From Candidatus Cloacimonadales bacterium (GTDB taxonomy: Bacteria; Cloacimonadota; Cloacimonadia; Cloacimonadales; JAFGVF01), in contig CAXXJV010000001.1 in the NCBI GenBank assembly GCA_963663475.2, forward strand, positions 576,001-640,000: a DNA stretch of 64,000 bases, given 5' to 3'. Below are positions 32,606 to 43,459 of this stretch, one piece after another. Every line of letters begins with the position of its first letter. Positions within the stretch are counted from its first letter, which is position 1. A model generated the notes under the pieces. It worked only from the letters and a program-made list of their open reading frames with translations, did no database searches and was not told where the DNA came from. Position numbers and translations under genes: made by a program.

Positions 32606-32729
32606 GCCACATAGTCTATTAGAGCTTTAGTAATACTTTGCTAAAGCTAGGTATCACAGGTTAATAGTGCATATTCTTTTAGATAAATAATATAGTTCTA
32701 TTCTCAAAAATCTACTGCATTATTTAGAT
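32606..32729 (+). mobile_element. Degenerate MITE-family copy
   Basis: AGAGCTTTAGT near the left end and AATATAGTTCTATTCTCAAAAATCTACTGCATTATTTAGAT at the right end; begins right after the radC stop. Confidence 0.5.
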
Positions 32730-32738
32730 TTTAGCTAA

Positions 32739-32778
32739 AAGAAAGAGCAATAAATCAAGTATTTTATTGCTCTTTCTT
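32739..32778. terminator. Hairpin between convergent radC and htrA
   Basis: 16-bp stem AAGAAAGAGCAATAAA/TTTATTGCTCTTTCTT. Confidence 0.7.
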
Positions 32779-32836
32779 ACTTTATTAAACCCGAAGTTAT
32801 TCTGTTAACATCTGAGAATATTGTCGCCCTTCAGGA

Positions 32837-33988
32837 TTAAGCTTCTTCTATGATATATTTAATTTGGATATTTTCATTATTTCTTACGACATCCAAGACT
32901 ACTTCATCTCCAACAAAGATATCGATAATTGCTAAATTGATATCATTCCTATCTGCTAAAACAACTCCATTAATTCCTATGAGTTTATCTCCTAGTAATA
33001 AGCCAGCTTCTTTACAAGCTGAATTGTCTTTTATTTGAACTACTGTTAATTCTTGTGAGCTACTTGTTCTTGAAGAAGAGGCATGTACTTTAAAACCATA
33101 GTCTATAGTCCTTATTTTACCAAATTGAACTAATTCATAGACAACTTTTTTTACCCTATTGATTGGAATAGCAAAGCCTATACCTACAGAGCCACCAGAC
33201 TCTGATAAAATGAAGGTATTTATACCTATCACTTCCCCTTGGACATTTACCAAAGGACCACCACTATTACCTGGATTGATAGCAGCATCTGTCTGAATCA
33301 TCCTCTTATATATCTTATTATCACTAGTACTGGGATCACTAAAATTTCTATTCAGAGCAGAAATTACTCCAAATGAAAGGGTTGGCTTCGAATCTTTGAT
33401 AATGAAGCTATAAGGATTACCTAGGGCAATAGCCCATCTACCAATTTGTAATTTATCAGAATCAGCTATTTTAGCGCAATCATGATTATCACCAGCAATT
33501 TTTAAAACTGCAATATCATGTTCATCTGCAACTCCTACTAATTTGGCTTGACTGTGCTGCCCATCATTGGCCACGACAGTTATTTCAATAGCTTTTTCAA
33601 CAACATGAGCATTGGTTATAATATAGCCATCTTCTGTTATTATTACACCTGTACCCACTGATTTGACATCCCTATAGCGGGGATAATAACCAAAGAATTG
33701 ATCAAAGATAGAGTAAGGTCTATTTCGCACACTTTCTCTCTTGAGAACATTTACAGAAACTACTGATTTTGAAATCTCTTGGGCAGATAAAACAATTTTA
33801 CTTTCTAAATCTAAAGCTAAAGTAGAATCTTTGAAAATAGTAGATTTAAAGGCATCAAATTCTTCTTGAGTAATATATTTAGACTTATCCTCATTTGCAT
33901 CATCCATAAAGAAACCTGTATAGGTTATCACAACTAGAAATATTATATTTATGACTATAATATATATCGATGTTTTGCTATGTTTCAC
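32837..33988 (-). CDS. HtrA/DegP-family serine protease with PDZ domain
   Basis: TM anchor, TNAHV, DIAVLK, QTDAAINPGNSGGPL, C-terminal PDZ. Confidence 0.93.
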   Translation of the reverse strand: MKHSKTSIYIIVINIIFLVVITYTGFFMDDANEDKSKYITQEEFDAFKSTIFKDSTLALDLESKIVLSAQEISKSVVSVNVLKRESVRNRPYSIFDQFFGYYPRYRDVKSVGTGVIITEDGYIITNAHVVEKAIEITVVANDGQHSQAKLVGVADEHDIAVLKIAGDNHDCAKIADSDKLQIGRWAIALGNPYSFIIKDSKPTLSFGVISALNRNFSDPSTSDNKIYKRMIQTDAAINPGNSGGPLVNVQGEVIGINTFILSESGGSVGIGFAIPINRVKKVVYELVQFGKIRTIDYGFKVHASSSRTSSSQELTVVQIKDNSACKEAGLLLGDKLIGINGVVLADRNDINLAIIDIFVGDEVVLDVVRNNENIQIKYIIEEA

Positions 33989-33996
33989 GTGAAACC
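33981..33996. promoter_or_regulatory. parS-like ParB-binding site
   Basis: TGTTTCACGTGAAACC is a 15/16 match to the parS palindrome TGTTTCACGTGAAACA. Confidence 0.75.
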
Positions 33997-33998
33997 TC

Positions 33999-34742
33999 TT
34001 ATAATATTTTATTAATTATTGATTTAATTTCCTTGATATCACAGCTAGTATTATAGCAGGGGCCATTAGGTCTTGAATTTAAGATACCAATTACGGGAAT
34101 CTTATCAATATCCTTAATTCCTTCAGTTAAATCACGATGGCAAGCTACAGCCAAGATAATTTTAGGACGAATATCTTTGATGATTTTCCTAGCTAGAGTA
34201 CCACCTGTTGCAATTCTTACCTTGATACCATACTCTGTTTGAATCGCTTTAAAGTCTTGGATAAGGCATTTACCGCAATCGTGGCAGTTATCTATATCAC
34301 TTGTTACTTTGTAGGGGCAGTCAGCATTTTGTAGGCAATGAGGGAGAAGAATAAGAATATCTTTCCTGTCATATTTAGCAATTTGTTTCTTTCTTATATT
34401 ATTATTATAGGCTATAAGCAATCTAGAGAATTTTTGATAATAGATACTTTCGCTATCAAATAGTTTATGAATTATTGGATAAAATAAATGGTAGAAACAA
34501 TAATAACTTATTCCAGTTAGGATGAGAATTTTCTTTGATTTTACATTTATTAGGGAGATACTTATACCAAAGGCTAAAATGAAGATAAGAAGTCCTATGA
34601 GGAAAAACAGACTATCGGTAGTTAAGTTAAAAAAGGTTATTTTATCCCTGAAGGGGTAGATGATAAAAACTAGTGATAGAAGTGATATAGTTAGCTTAAG
34701 AGCATAACTATAAAGGTGCTTACCCAAGTTTTTCATTAACAT
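33999..34742 (-). CDS. DUF116 family membrane protein
   Basis: LLPHCLQ, CxxCGKC, ATGGTLAR, AVACHRDL, RPNGPCYNT. Confidence 0.88.
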   Translation of the reverse strand: MLMKNLGKHLYSYALKLTISLLSLVFIIYPFRDKITFFNLTTDSLFFLIGLLIFILAFGISISLINVKSKKILILTGISYYCFYHLFYPIIHKLFDSESIYYQKFSRLLIAYNNNIRKKQIAKYDRKDILILLPHCLQNADCPYKVTSDIDNCHDCGKCLIQDFKAIQTEYGIKVRIATGGTLARKIIKDIRPKIILAVACHRDLTEGIKDIDKIPVIGILNSRPNGPCYNTSCDIKEIKSIINKIL

Positions 34743-35682
34743 TTAACTTAGCCCCAAGGTTGTAAGCATGGGCTGTCATTACTTTTTTACCTTGTGGTTT
34801 AACTTCAGTGACTAGCACTTGTCCCCCATTACAAGAAACCACAAAACCTTCATTCTTAATAATTTGGGTAATTACTCCTGGGGGATAAATATTTTCATCT
34901 GAATATTTTTCAGCTCTAAGTATCTGCAGGTCTTTACCTTGTCTTTGGGTTCTTGCTCCAGGTTGATAAGAAAGACCTCTAATTTTTCCCAGTATATTAT
35001 ATAGGTTAGCATTCCAATCAATAAGCAAATCATCTTTTTCTACTTTTTGGCAATAAGTAGCTTGAGAATCATCCTGTTTAATAAGTTCATATCCTTGTTT
35101 TTCAATACCTTGCAAGGTTTCCAATAAGAATTCAGCACCTAAAGTAGCCATATAGTCAGAGTATTCTGAAAAATTCATCTTAGGGGGAACTTGAATCTTT
35201 TTCTGATTTATAATAGGACCAGCATCCATAGCAGCAACAATTTTAAAAATAGTCAAAGCAGAAATTTCATCATTACGAAAAAGAGAGCTTTGGAGGGGTG
35301 AGGCTCCTCTTAAGTCAGGTAGCAAAGAGGGATGGAGATTTATACAGCCAAGAGAGGGTATTTTCCTAAGCCTTTTGCCCAAAAAGCCACCATAAGCGAC
35401 CGTTACTAGTATATCTGGACTTAGATCACTAATTTCTTTTAAAACATCCTCAGAATTGATATTTGAAGGCTGAATTATTGGCAGTTTTAATTCCAGGCTG
35501 CTAATTTTTACAGGACAGGGCGTAACCTTCCTATTTCTTCCTCTAGCTTTATCAGGTTGGGTAACAACCAGAATTGGTTTAAATTTACTTGAGTTTAAAA
35601 TCTCTAAACTTTTAACAGCAAATTCAGGTGTACCTAGGAAGATTACTTTTTTAATTTGATCAGTCTTGTATATTTTCGCCAT
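34720..35682 (-). CDS. fmt: Methionyl-tRNA formyltransferase
   Basis: FLGTPEFA, VVTQPDK, INLHPSLLP, MDAGPI. Confidence 0.96.
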   Translation of the reverse strand: MAKIYKTDQIKKVIFLGTPEFAVKSLEILNSSKFKPILVVTQPDKARGRNRKVTPCPVKISSLELKLPIIQPSNINSEDVLKEISDLSPDILVTVAYGGFLGKRLRKIPSLGCINLHPSLLPDLRGASPLQSSLFRNDEISALTIFKIVAAMDAGPIINQKKIQVPPKMNFSEYSDYMATLGAEFLLETLQGIEKQGYELIKQDDSQATYCQKVEKDDLLIDWNANLYNILGKIRGLSYQPGARTQRQGKDLQILRAEKYSDENIYPPGVITQIIKNEGFVVSCNGGQVLVTEVKPQGKKVMTAHAYNLGAKLNVNEKLG

Positions 35683-36223
35683 TTGATTTTGTTTGGTTAA
35701 TATAATGATCGATTTTATTTTTATGCATAAGATATTTCAGTTTGTTGAGGTGATCTACAAAAAGTACACCATTCAAATGGTCAAATTCATGTTGGAAGAC
35801 CACAGCAGGGAATTCAGAGAATTCTTCTTGGAAGAAATTACCGTCAACATCTTGAGCTTTAATTTTTATATGACTTGGTCTTTTAACTTTTTCAAAAACA
35901 TCAGGCACACTTAAGCAGCCTTCTTCGTGAGTAATAAGTCCTTCAGAAAAAGTAATTTCAGGATTAATAAAGACTTTTGGACTTTTAGTAGCTCCTTCTT
36001 GGGCCCAATAAAAATCGACTACAAAGATGCGTTTACTTACTCCAACTTGAGGGGCTGCTAAACCAACCCCATCAGTTACATACATAGTATAGGTTAGGTC
36101 ATCCACAAACTTTTTGAGTTCCTCGTCAAAATCTGTAACAGGTTCAGCTGTTAATCTGAGTACCTTATCCCCAATAATTCTTATCTTGAGGAGTTTTTTT
36201 TTATTTGTTTTCGCCTTTTTCAT
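35660..36223 (-). CDS. def: Peptide deformylase
   Basis: GVGLAAPQVG, EGCLSVP, QHEFDHLNG. Confidence 0.97.
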   Translation of the reverse strand: MKKAKTNKKKLLKIRIIGDKVLRLTAEPVTDFDEELKKFVDDLTYTMYVTDGVGLAAPQVGVSKRIFVVDFYWAQEGATKSPKVFINPEITFSEGLITHEEGCLSVPDVFEKVKRPSHIKIKAQDVDGNFFQEEFSEFPAVVFQHEFDHLNGVLFVDHLNKLKYLMHKNKIDHYINQTKSNGENIQD

Positions 36224-36554
36224 CCACTTTTCCTACTACTGCACTTTTGACAACTTCAATAACTGTGTGTGTATTTTTATCAATTTCAATAGACATTGTA
36301 TTTTTATCGCTATCTACTTTAACAATTTTACCAAGTATTCCACTACTTAGTTGAATTTGATCATTTTTTTGTAAGCTATCAAGCATATTTTGATGTTCTT
36401 TTTGCTGTTTTTTCTGTGGTCTTAATATTAAAAAATAGAATATTAAAGCGAAGGGAACCATCATGATAAGCATACTCATGAAGCCATTACCTTGTTGTCC
36501 ACCTTCACCTGCAGGAGGTGCAGCCATCATTAAACTAGTTATTATATTACTCAT
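36201..36554 (-). CDS. yajC: Preprotein translocase subunit YajC
   Basis: TM followed by YFLILRPQKKQQKEH. Confidence 0.93.
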   Translation of the reverse strand: MSNIITSLMMAAPPAGEGGQQGNGFMSMLIMMVPFALIFYFLILRPQKKQQKEHQNMLDSLQKNDQIQLSSGILGKIVKVDSDKNTMSIEIDKNTHTVIEVVKSAVVGKVDEKGENK

Positions 36555-36635
36555 TTATTTCTCCTTTTATTAAGTTAAGTTCTATAAAAATATCTCTTAT
36601 TTTAAGTCAATACTTTTCTGATACTTATGCAGACA

Positions 36636-36968
36636 TTATCTATTTTGCATAAAATTTTCAAACTCAGCTACTTTTTCAACTAATTTCTTATAGAGGTCTT
36701 CATACTTGTCCCTATCCTCTTGTTTCCCAGCATTTTCTAGTTCAAGCCCAATTTGACTTAAATCTCCTAAAGATAAGTTTGCTGCAGTACCCTTTAGGGT
36801 GTGGCCGTTGTTTCTTATCATCAGGCCATTATCTTCTTGGACAGCTTTTTTAATATCTATAAGGATACCTTGAGCGAATTCAAGGAAGTCCTCAAGGAGT
36901 TCGTTGAGTAGCTCTTCATCTCCAACTCTTTCAATTGCATCCTGATAATCGAAAATATTCTTACTCAT
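36636..36968 (-). CDS. Stand-alone Hpt phosphotransfer protein
   Basis: HTLKGTAANL Hpt motif. Confidence 0.9.
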   Translation of the reverse strand: MSKNIFDYQDAIERVGDEELLNELLEDFLEFAQGILIDIKKAVQEDNGLMIRNNGHTLKGTAANLSLGDLSQIGLELENAGKQEDRDKYEDLYKKLVEKVAEFENFMQNR

Positions 36969-37230
36969 TATTCCTCCATTTTATAAAGTATTATTAAAAT
37001 AAAATATACTTTTAAACCTGTCAACTATTATTTTATAGCAAATTCTAGCAAAGCAATTTCTATGTCAATGACTTACTTTAAGTAGGGGGATTGTTCACCT
37101 GGCTTTCACTTTAGCAAATGAAGAAAATTCTATAAGGAGAAAATAGTAGATGAAATAGCAATATTTTTCTTGTTTATTTCTTTTTGTATCCTTAGGAAAA
37201 GACCTCTTTCCTCCCCTATTCATCATTTAT

Positions 37231-37289
37231 CCTTCCTTTACAGTCTTTCGATGAAACCTGGACTTTCATCGAAAGACTGTAAAGGAAGG
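37231..37289. repeat. 59-bp palindromic repeat, copy 3
   Basis: Identical to copy 1, including the loop CCTGGAC. Confidence 0.9.
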
Positions 37290-37482
37290 AATAAGGATGC
37301 TACAAGGATAAGATTAGAGCTTTGAACTTGCTAGAGATTAAATTATGTCAAGATATTGGGCATGCAAGTTATAGCATATAGAAATGATATTGTAAGAATA
37401 TAAAGTTTATTTTTAAAATTAAATGCTTGACAAATAGATAAAATATATTAATTCTAATTTCGTAGATATAAGGAGTTATCAC

Positions 37483-39444
37483 ATGAACAAAGTTTATTTA
37501 AATGTTAAAAACTATGTCCAAAATGTCTTGTTAATTTTGTTAGTTATGTTTTGTTTAAATGCCTGTGAAGACAAGTCAACTAAAGCAGAAATTAGTCAGA
37601 TATTTGTTTCACCAGATTCTTTAAGTTTTGACGAGGAAAACATTAGTAGTGTAATCACTTTAACATCTGATAGTAGTCGAGAAGTAGAGTGGGAAATCAC
37701 ATCAAAAGCTCAATGGATAGAAGTTGATTACGATAGCGGTAGCCTTGCTGATGAAGAGGTCATTCTGGATTTTAGAGCTATCCCCTACACCTTGTGGCCT
37801 GGGACTTACCAAGATTCAGTAAAGTTCTCTTCTGCTTCAGGTTCTGTGTGTAAAGTAGATCTCTATCTTGAAGTAAGGGAAAAGCACCCTTACGGAGTTT
37901 TAACAATAGATAGTCTCTTAATGGCTAATTTAGTTGAAGATTGTTCATTTAAGCTTAAGAATTTAGGAACTGATAGTCTTGTTTGGAATCTTCATAAGAC
38001 AGAAGAATGGCTAGAAATTAGTCCTACTTCAGGCATACTTGCCAGGAACAGACATACTTTGATTCGAGTTAGTGTTGATAAGCATAATATGGATCCAGCA
38101 ATTCATCAAGGTGAAATTTTAATTACCTCTAATTCTTCATCTGGTAACATCACTCTTCCTTACCTTATTGAAATCCCAGAAATACCTATCTTAGAGTTGG
38201 ACCAAACAAAGATCAGGTTCATGTATGATGAAGATGTTGATTCCTTGCATATTATAAATCAGGGAAACAGTCCTTTAGAATGGAGAGCGATAATAGATGG
38301 ATCATTTGTGACTTTAACAGGAGATTCAGGGAGTATAAACGCTAAAGATTCTGTCTGTGTAGGGATTGAAATAGACAGAAGCGATTTGAGTACTGGAGTT
38401 CATTCAGGTGAAATTGCTTTTACTAATGGTGAAAATGAAATAGGGAGTGTGCAAATTGAAGTATTTAACTACGCAGAAAGTAATGGTAATAGATTTTTAG
38501 ATTTCAATATTGCAGATGCTAGATTTTCCAGACAACTTAATAAAATAATTGCTTTGTCCAATATCCCTAATCATGGTTTATATATAATAGACCCAGTAAG
38601 TGGTGATGACCAATATGTAAATCTATCCTATGAATCCTCATGTCTTTCTCTATCTCCCAATGGTCTATATGCTATAGTTGGGCATGATTATATCGCGAGT
38701 TATGTGAACTTACAGTCAATCTGTGTTGAAAGCGTCTATCTAATTTCAGGAAAAGCTGGTGATATTGTTTTAGATAATAATGGTTTCTTTCATGTCTTCC
38801 CTACTCAAGCTCAATGGACTCATGTATCGTCTGTGGAACTAGCAACAGGAAATGAACAAATTGACACATCATTAATTTATAGTGGTTGTAAGGGGAGATT
38901 ACATCCTTCAGGCAACTATATTTATGCATCTAATGATGCAATAAGCCCTGGTAATATTTATAAATTTAATATTAGTAATGGTTATGCAGATTATCTGTAC
39001 GATTTTCCCTACACAATTCCTAACCTAGTACCACGCTATTTCCCAAACTTATGGTTAGCTCACGATGGGACAAAAGCTTATTCTGGCAATGGTGAAATAT
39101 TTACTACAACAGATTTACAGGAATCAGATATGCTTTACCAAGGTGACTTTTCAGGGATTGATAGAATTGCTTGGTTGGATGATAACCCCAATTCAAGTGA
39201 TTTATATTTAATTGAAACTGGATCATATTTAGCTGAAACAGAAGTTAAAATTTATGACAGTAATAATTATACTTATATCAGAGGATATTCATTACCTATA
39301 TTGCAATTCCCAAATTATATGAGCATTCAGAATCGCCAAGCCAAAGGTAAATATGTTTTTTCTAACGATTCAGCTGATAGTTTATTCTGTTTAGCAACAA
39401 TATCTGGTTCAAGTTATTGGTTATTGCTTTCCTTTGATAACTAA
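37483..39444 (+). CDS. Lipoprotein with three BACON-like Ig repeats and a C-terminal beta-propeller
   Basis: Lipobox LNAC; repeats such as NxGxxxLxW...W(L/I)E(I/V)xxxSG; YVTN/WD-like LSPNG and LHPSG blades. Confidence 0.75.
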   Translation: MNKVYLNVKNYVQNVLLILLVMFCLNACEDKSTKAEISQIFVSPDSLSFDEENISSVITLTSDSSREVEWEITSKAQWIEVDYDSGSLADEEVILDFRAIPYTLWPGTYQDSVKFSSASGSVCKVDLYLEVREKHPYGVLTIDSLLMANLVEDCSFKLKNLGTDSLVWNLHKTEEWLEISPTSGILARNRHTLIRVSVDKHNMDPAIHQGEILITSNSSSGNITLPYLIEIPEIPILELDQTKIRFMYDEDVDSLHIINQGNSPLEWRAIIDGSFVTLTGDSGSINAKDSVCVGIEIDRSDLSTGVHSGEIAFTNGENEIGSVQIEVFNYAESNGNRFLDFNIADARFSRQLNKIIALSNIPNHGLYIIDPVSGDDQYVNLSYESSCLSLSPNGLYAIVGHDYIASYVNLQSICVESVYLISGKAGDIVLDNNGFFHVFPTQAQWTHVSSVELATGNEQIDTSLIYSGCKGRLHPSGNYIYASNDAISPGNIYKFNISNGYADYLYDFPYTIPNLVPRYFPNLWLAHDGTKAYSGNGEIFTTTDLQESDMLYQGDFSGIDRIAWLDDNPNSSDLYLIETGSYLAETEVKIYDSNNYTYIRGYSLPILQFPNYMSIQNRQAKGKYVFSNDSADSLFCLATISGSSYWLLLSFDN

Positions 39445-39609
39445 CTAGACGAGTAGATTGAAGTATTCCACTAAGGAAAACATAAGGAGAATTAAATTTT
39501 TATTGACATTATTATGTCTTAAGTATTTACTTGTTAAAATATATTAAGATTCGTAATAAATACTTAAATAAAGCCTTTAGAAGACCTATTTTGTGTTTGG
39601 AGGAAGGAT

Positions 39610-41916
39610 ATGGATTATAAAAAAAGAGTGGATGAGATATTAAATAATTCAAAGCTAATAATAGATTCTGACCCTGAAAGTGTTATAAAACAAGTCCTAG
39701 ATCTTTATTCAGAATTCGAAGATAGTAGTGATTATGAAACAACTGGCCAGCTCTGTAAATTTATAGGGACACTATATCTAAAAAACGGTAATTCCGCTTC
39801 AGCACAAAAATTTTATTTTCAAGCAATTTCAAATTTCAAGTTAGTGGATAATTTTAATGAGATTGCCAAAATATATAATAATTTAGTAATTTCAAGCTAT
39901 TATTTACATAAGTATGAGATGATTGAGGAGTATAGCAGGTTAGCATTAGATTATTTTGAGAAGTCAAGAGATGCTGGAGGTATTATATCTGTCACTAATA
40001 ACTTAGCTAAGTATTACCGTAACATCAATTCCTATGATAAGGCCTTTGTCCTCTTAGAAGACACCTTAAAGAGGTATAAGAATGAGATGGATCGAGAAGA
40101 CTATTTAGTCATGTCGGCTAACTTCGCAAATGTTTGTCTTAATAAGGGTAATATAGAGAAGGGGCTAGATATTCTGCTTGATTTGAGTGATAAGGTTAAG
40201 AATACTAAGTTCTACAATGCTAGTGCAGTTATCCATCTTTATCTTACAGAATACTATGAATCTATCGGAGATTATAAACTAGCTCTTGAAAGCCATAAAA
40301 AACGCTATAATAGTGCTATAATAGGCAGACAGGAAAGTATATCTAGTGATATTAATAACTACTTAAACACTTTGAATATTGATATTGACCGATTACAATA
40401 TGAAAGAACTCTAAAGCAAAATAAAGAGCTAATTCAGGCCCATGACTTAGTAACAAGGAAAAATGGTTTTTTAGAGACATTAATTAACACTATTCCTATA
40501 CCCTTATTTTATTGTGATAATAACTTTATTTATTTAGGATGTAATGATTCTTATACTAAATACTTTAATAAAAGTAGAGAAGAAATTATTGGTAAGCAGG
40601 TTGGTTTTACATTAGTCAATCAAGAAGAGATTGCTTATCTTACTCAGATGACTTGGGAAGCAAAAAGCAGTAATAAATCGATAAAGTTTATTGCTAATAT
40701 TACCAAAAAAGAGGGAGTCACAAGGACTGTTGAAATTGTATATAGTAATTTCTTTGATGAATCTAGTGAGCCTAGTGGTATGCTGTGTATGTTAAAAGAT
40801 ATTACTGCTGATATTGAACAACAAAAAGTGGTTAAAGAACTAAATGCCCACCTTAAATCAATTTTAGAAAGTGCCCCAAAAGTTTATATCTGTTCAATTG
40901 ATAGAAACTATAAATACACTTACTTTAATAAGAATTATGCTCAATCTGTAAAAAGGCATATAGGTTTAGAAGTTAAAAAAGGCTTTGATTATTTCAGAAG
41001 ATATCAGAGTCAAGCTGAAATCTCTGATAAAAGAAAGCTCTTGAGTAGAGTCTTTGCAGGTGAAACTATCTCAGGAGTTAGGGAATATACAAATCTTGAG
41101 AAGCCTGAAATATTACAATACTATTATTCCCCAATTATCGAAGATGATGGTCAGATAATTGGTGCAACTGTATTTTCCTATGATATTACGATGCGAGTTT
41201 TGGCACAGAGAGATTTAGCCCTTTCCAATAAGACTAAAGACAAATTCTTCTCAATCATTGCTCATGATTTACGTTCTCCGATTGGCAACATTAAGTCTGC
41301 TTTAGAGTTCTTAACAACAGAAAGAGATCTTTCTCAAGAAGACTTGATGGAGATGTTAGATAAACTATCCAGCTCCGCTATCAATACATATGATTTACTA
41401 GAGAATCTCTTGCAGTGGTCTTTAACCGAGAGGGGTCTAATTGAAAATAATTCTGAATATTATTATTTAAGTGAGTTAATTGACCAAGCTATTAAGATTA
41501 CCAAGAATATCGCCCATAGTAAAAATATCCAGCTAGAAACCTTGTGTTCTTCTGCTATCCAGGTGTATGTAGATAAAAATATGTTTTTCACTATATTAAG
41601 GAATTTAATAAATAATGCTATAAAGTATTCTTACGAAAACTCATCAATTATTATTAGGGCAACAAGTGATGATAAATATGCTCTTATAAAGGTAATTGAT
41701 CATGGTATTGGTATTAAAAAAGAAGTAATTCCTTATTTGAATCAAATGGATAAAACAGTAACAACCTATGGAACTTCAGGTGAGAAAGGGTCTGGTTTAG
41801 GACTAGTCTTATGTAATGAGCTTGTAACAAAAGTAGGCGGAAAGCTATGGGTTGAAAGCCAAGAAGGTAAGGGTTCAACCTTCTACTTCACTATCCCGGT
41901 AAAAGATAAATATTAA
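39610..41916 (+). CDS. Cytoplasmic TPR-PAS-PAS sensor histidine kinase
   Basis: TPR-like N-terminus, two PAS-like domains, IIAHDLRSP H-box, NLINNAIKY, DHGIG, GSGLGL. Confidence 0.9.
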   Translation: MDYKKRVDEILNNSKLIIDSDPESVIKQVLDLYSEFEDSSDYETTGQLCKFIGTLYLKNGNSASAQKFYFQAISNFKLVDNFNEIAKIYNNLVISSYYLHKYEMIEEYSRLALDYFEKSRDAGGIISVTNNLAKYYRNINSYDKAFVLLEDTLKRYKNEMDREDYLVMSANFANVCLNKGNIEKGLDILLDLSDKVKNTKFYNASAVIHLYLTEYYESIGDYKLALESHKKRYNSAIIGRQESISSDINNYLNTLNIDIDRLQYERTLKQNKELIQAHDLVTRKNGFLETLINTIPIPLFYCDNNFIYLGCNDSYTKYFNKSREEIIGKQVGFTLVNQEEIAYLTQMTWEAKSSNKSIKFIANITKKEGVTRTVEIVYSNFFDESSEPSGMLCMLKDITADIEQQKVVKELNAHLKSILESAPKVYICSIDRNYKYTYFNKNYAQSVKRHIGLEVKKGFDYFRRYQSQAEISDKRKLLSRVFAGETISGVREYTNLEKPEILQYYYSPIIEDDGQIIGATVFSYDITMRVLAQRDLALSNKTKDKFFSIIAHDLRSPIGNIKSALEFLTTERDLSQEDLMEMLDKLSSSAINTYDLLENLLQWSLTERGLIENNSEYYYLSELIDQAIKITKNIAHSKNIQLETLCSSAIQVYVDKNMFFTILRNLINNAIKYSYENSSIIIRATSDDKYALIKVIDHGIGIKKEVIPYLNQMDKTVTTYGTSGEKGSGLGLVLCNELVTKVGGKLWVESQEGKGSTFYFTIPVKDKY

Positions 41917-42308
41917 TGGAAATTATTTGTGTAAGATTGAATCCTGGAGCTAGACTTAAGGAAGCAATCTATGAGCTTGCAAGCAGAAAAAAGATTAAAG
42001 CTGGGATAGTAGTAACTTGTCTTGGAAGTTTAAAAAAAGTAAATATTCGTTTAGCTGGAGCTGAAAATATTCTTTGCAAGACTCAAGCTTATGAGATTCT
42101 TTCCTTAACTGGAACTTTTAACAATAAAAATCAAGGGCATTTTCACATATCAGTTTCTGATAAAAATGGAGCATGTTGGGGTGGTCATCTCTTAGATGAT
42201 AATATAATTGCAAGTACTGTAGAAGTTGCCATAGGCATAATCCCTAATACTAGTTTCCTAAGGGAAAATGACCCAGAAACAGGTTATTTAGAATTGGTGG
42301 TGAAATGA
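41916..42308 (+). CDS. PPC/DUF296 domain protein
   Basis: RLNPG, GSLKKVNIR, EILSLTG, HFHISVSD, GGHL. Confidence 0.9.
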   Translation: MEIICVRLNPGARLKEAIYELASRKKIKAGIVVTCLGSLKKVNIRLAGAENILCKTQAYEILSLTGTFNNKNQGHFHISVSDKNGACWGGHLLDDNIIASTVEVAIGIIPNTSFLRENDPETGYLELVVK

Positions 42309-43459
42309 TTTATTTAGATAATGCAGCAAGCTCTTTCCCCAAAGCACCTGGTGTAAGCCAAGCTCTTGCTGATCATATTAATAATATTGCAGGTAATACA
42401 GGTAGATCTTCCTATTCAGGAGCAGTGACAAATTCTTTAATGATTTTTGAAACAAGAGAAAAGCTAGCCCAGCTACTAAATACAGGAGACAGCTCTCGCT
42501 TTATCTTTACTCAAAATGCTAGCCATGCTTTAAATATAGCAATTTTAGGTAGTGTGAAAGCTGGTGATAATATCTTAATCTCTCCCTTAGAGCATAACTC
42601 GGTTATGCGGCCTCTCTCCTACTTGCAAGAACACTTAGCTATAAATATCCATACTTTTAAGTTAAAAGACAATATGGATATTGATTGGGAAGATTTTTCT
42701 CAGCAGATAAAATCAAAGAAAATTAGCAAGATAATTACTATCCTAGCTTCTAATGTTACTGGAAGTATTCTTCCAATAGAGAAAATTGCCAGTTTTTGCA
42801 ATAATTCTTCTATCGATTTAATAGTAGATGCTTCTCAATATGTAGGCTATGCCCCACTTAACCTGGCAAAGCTTAATGCCCAAGCAATCTGTTTTCCTGG
42901 TCATAAAGGTCTTTTAGGACCTAGCGGAACAGGTCTTCTTTGGCTAGGAGATGATTTTAATCCTCAAGCTTTAACTTTTGGAGGAACTGGTTCTAAATCT
43001 GAATCAATTATTCAGCCAGATTTTCTTCCAGATAAATATGAAGCAGGAACCCCAAACATTACTGGTATTTTTGGTCTCTCTAAAGCACTTGATTATCTTC
43101 TTGATTATGGCTTAGACAAGATTTTGAAAAAAAGAAGACAGATTTATACTTATCTACTTGAAAAAATAGCTAATATGGATGAAATTATTATCTATAGTAA
43201 TCAGGATATTGATAGACAAATAGGCTTGCTTTCCTTTAATATTAAAGAGATGCCTTGTTCAAAAGTTACCTACCAGCTTGACAAAAAGGATATTGCGGTT
43301 CGAATGGGACTGCATTGTGCTCCTCAAGCTCATAGATTTATTAATACATATGACTTAGGGGGATGTGTACGAATGAGTCCAAGCTCTTTCACAAGCGAAA
43401 GAGAAATAGATACAACAGTTAAAACATTAAAAGAGATTATTTATGGATTTAAAAGATAA
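42305..43459 (+). CDS. Cysteine desulfurase / putative selenocysteine lyase (class V PLP enzyme)
   Basis: IYLDNAASSFPK, EHNSVMRPL, PGHKGLLGP, VRMGLHCAP; directly upstream of selD. Confidence 0.9.
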   Translation: MIYLDNAASSFPKAPGVSQALADHINNIAGNTGRSSYSGAVTNSLMIFETREKLAQLLNTGDSSRFIFTQNASHALNIAILGSVKAGDNILISPLEHNSVMRPLSYLQEHLAINIHTFKLKDNMDIDWEDFSQQIKSKKISKIITILASNVTGSILPIEKIASFCNNSSIDLIVDASQYVGYAPLNLAKLNAQAICFPGHKGLLGPSGTGLLWLGDDFNPQALTFGGTGSKSESIIQPDFLPDKYEAGTPNITGIFGLSKALDYLLDYGLDKILKKRRQIYTYLLEKIANMDEIIIYSNQDIDRQIGLLSFNIKEMPCSKVTYQLDKKDIAVRMGLHCAPQAHRFINTYDLGGCVRMSPSSFTSEREIDTTVKTLKEIIYGFKR

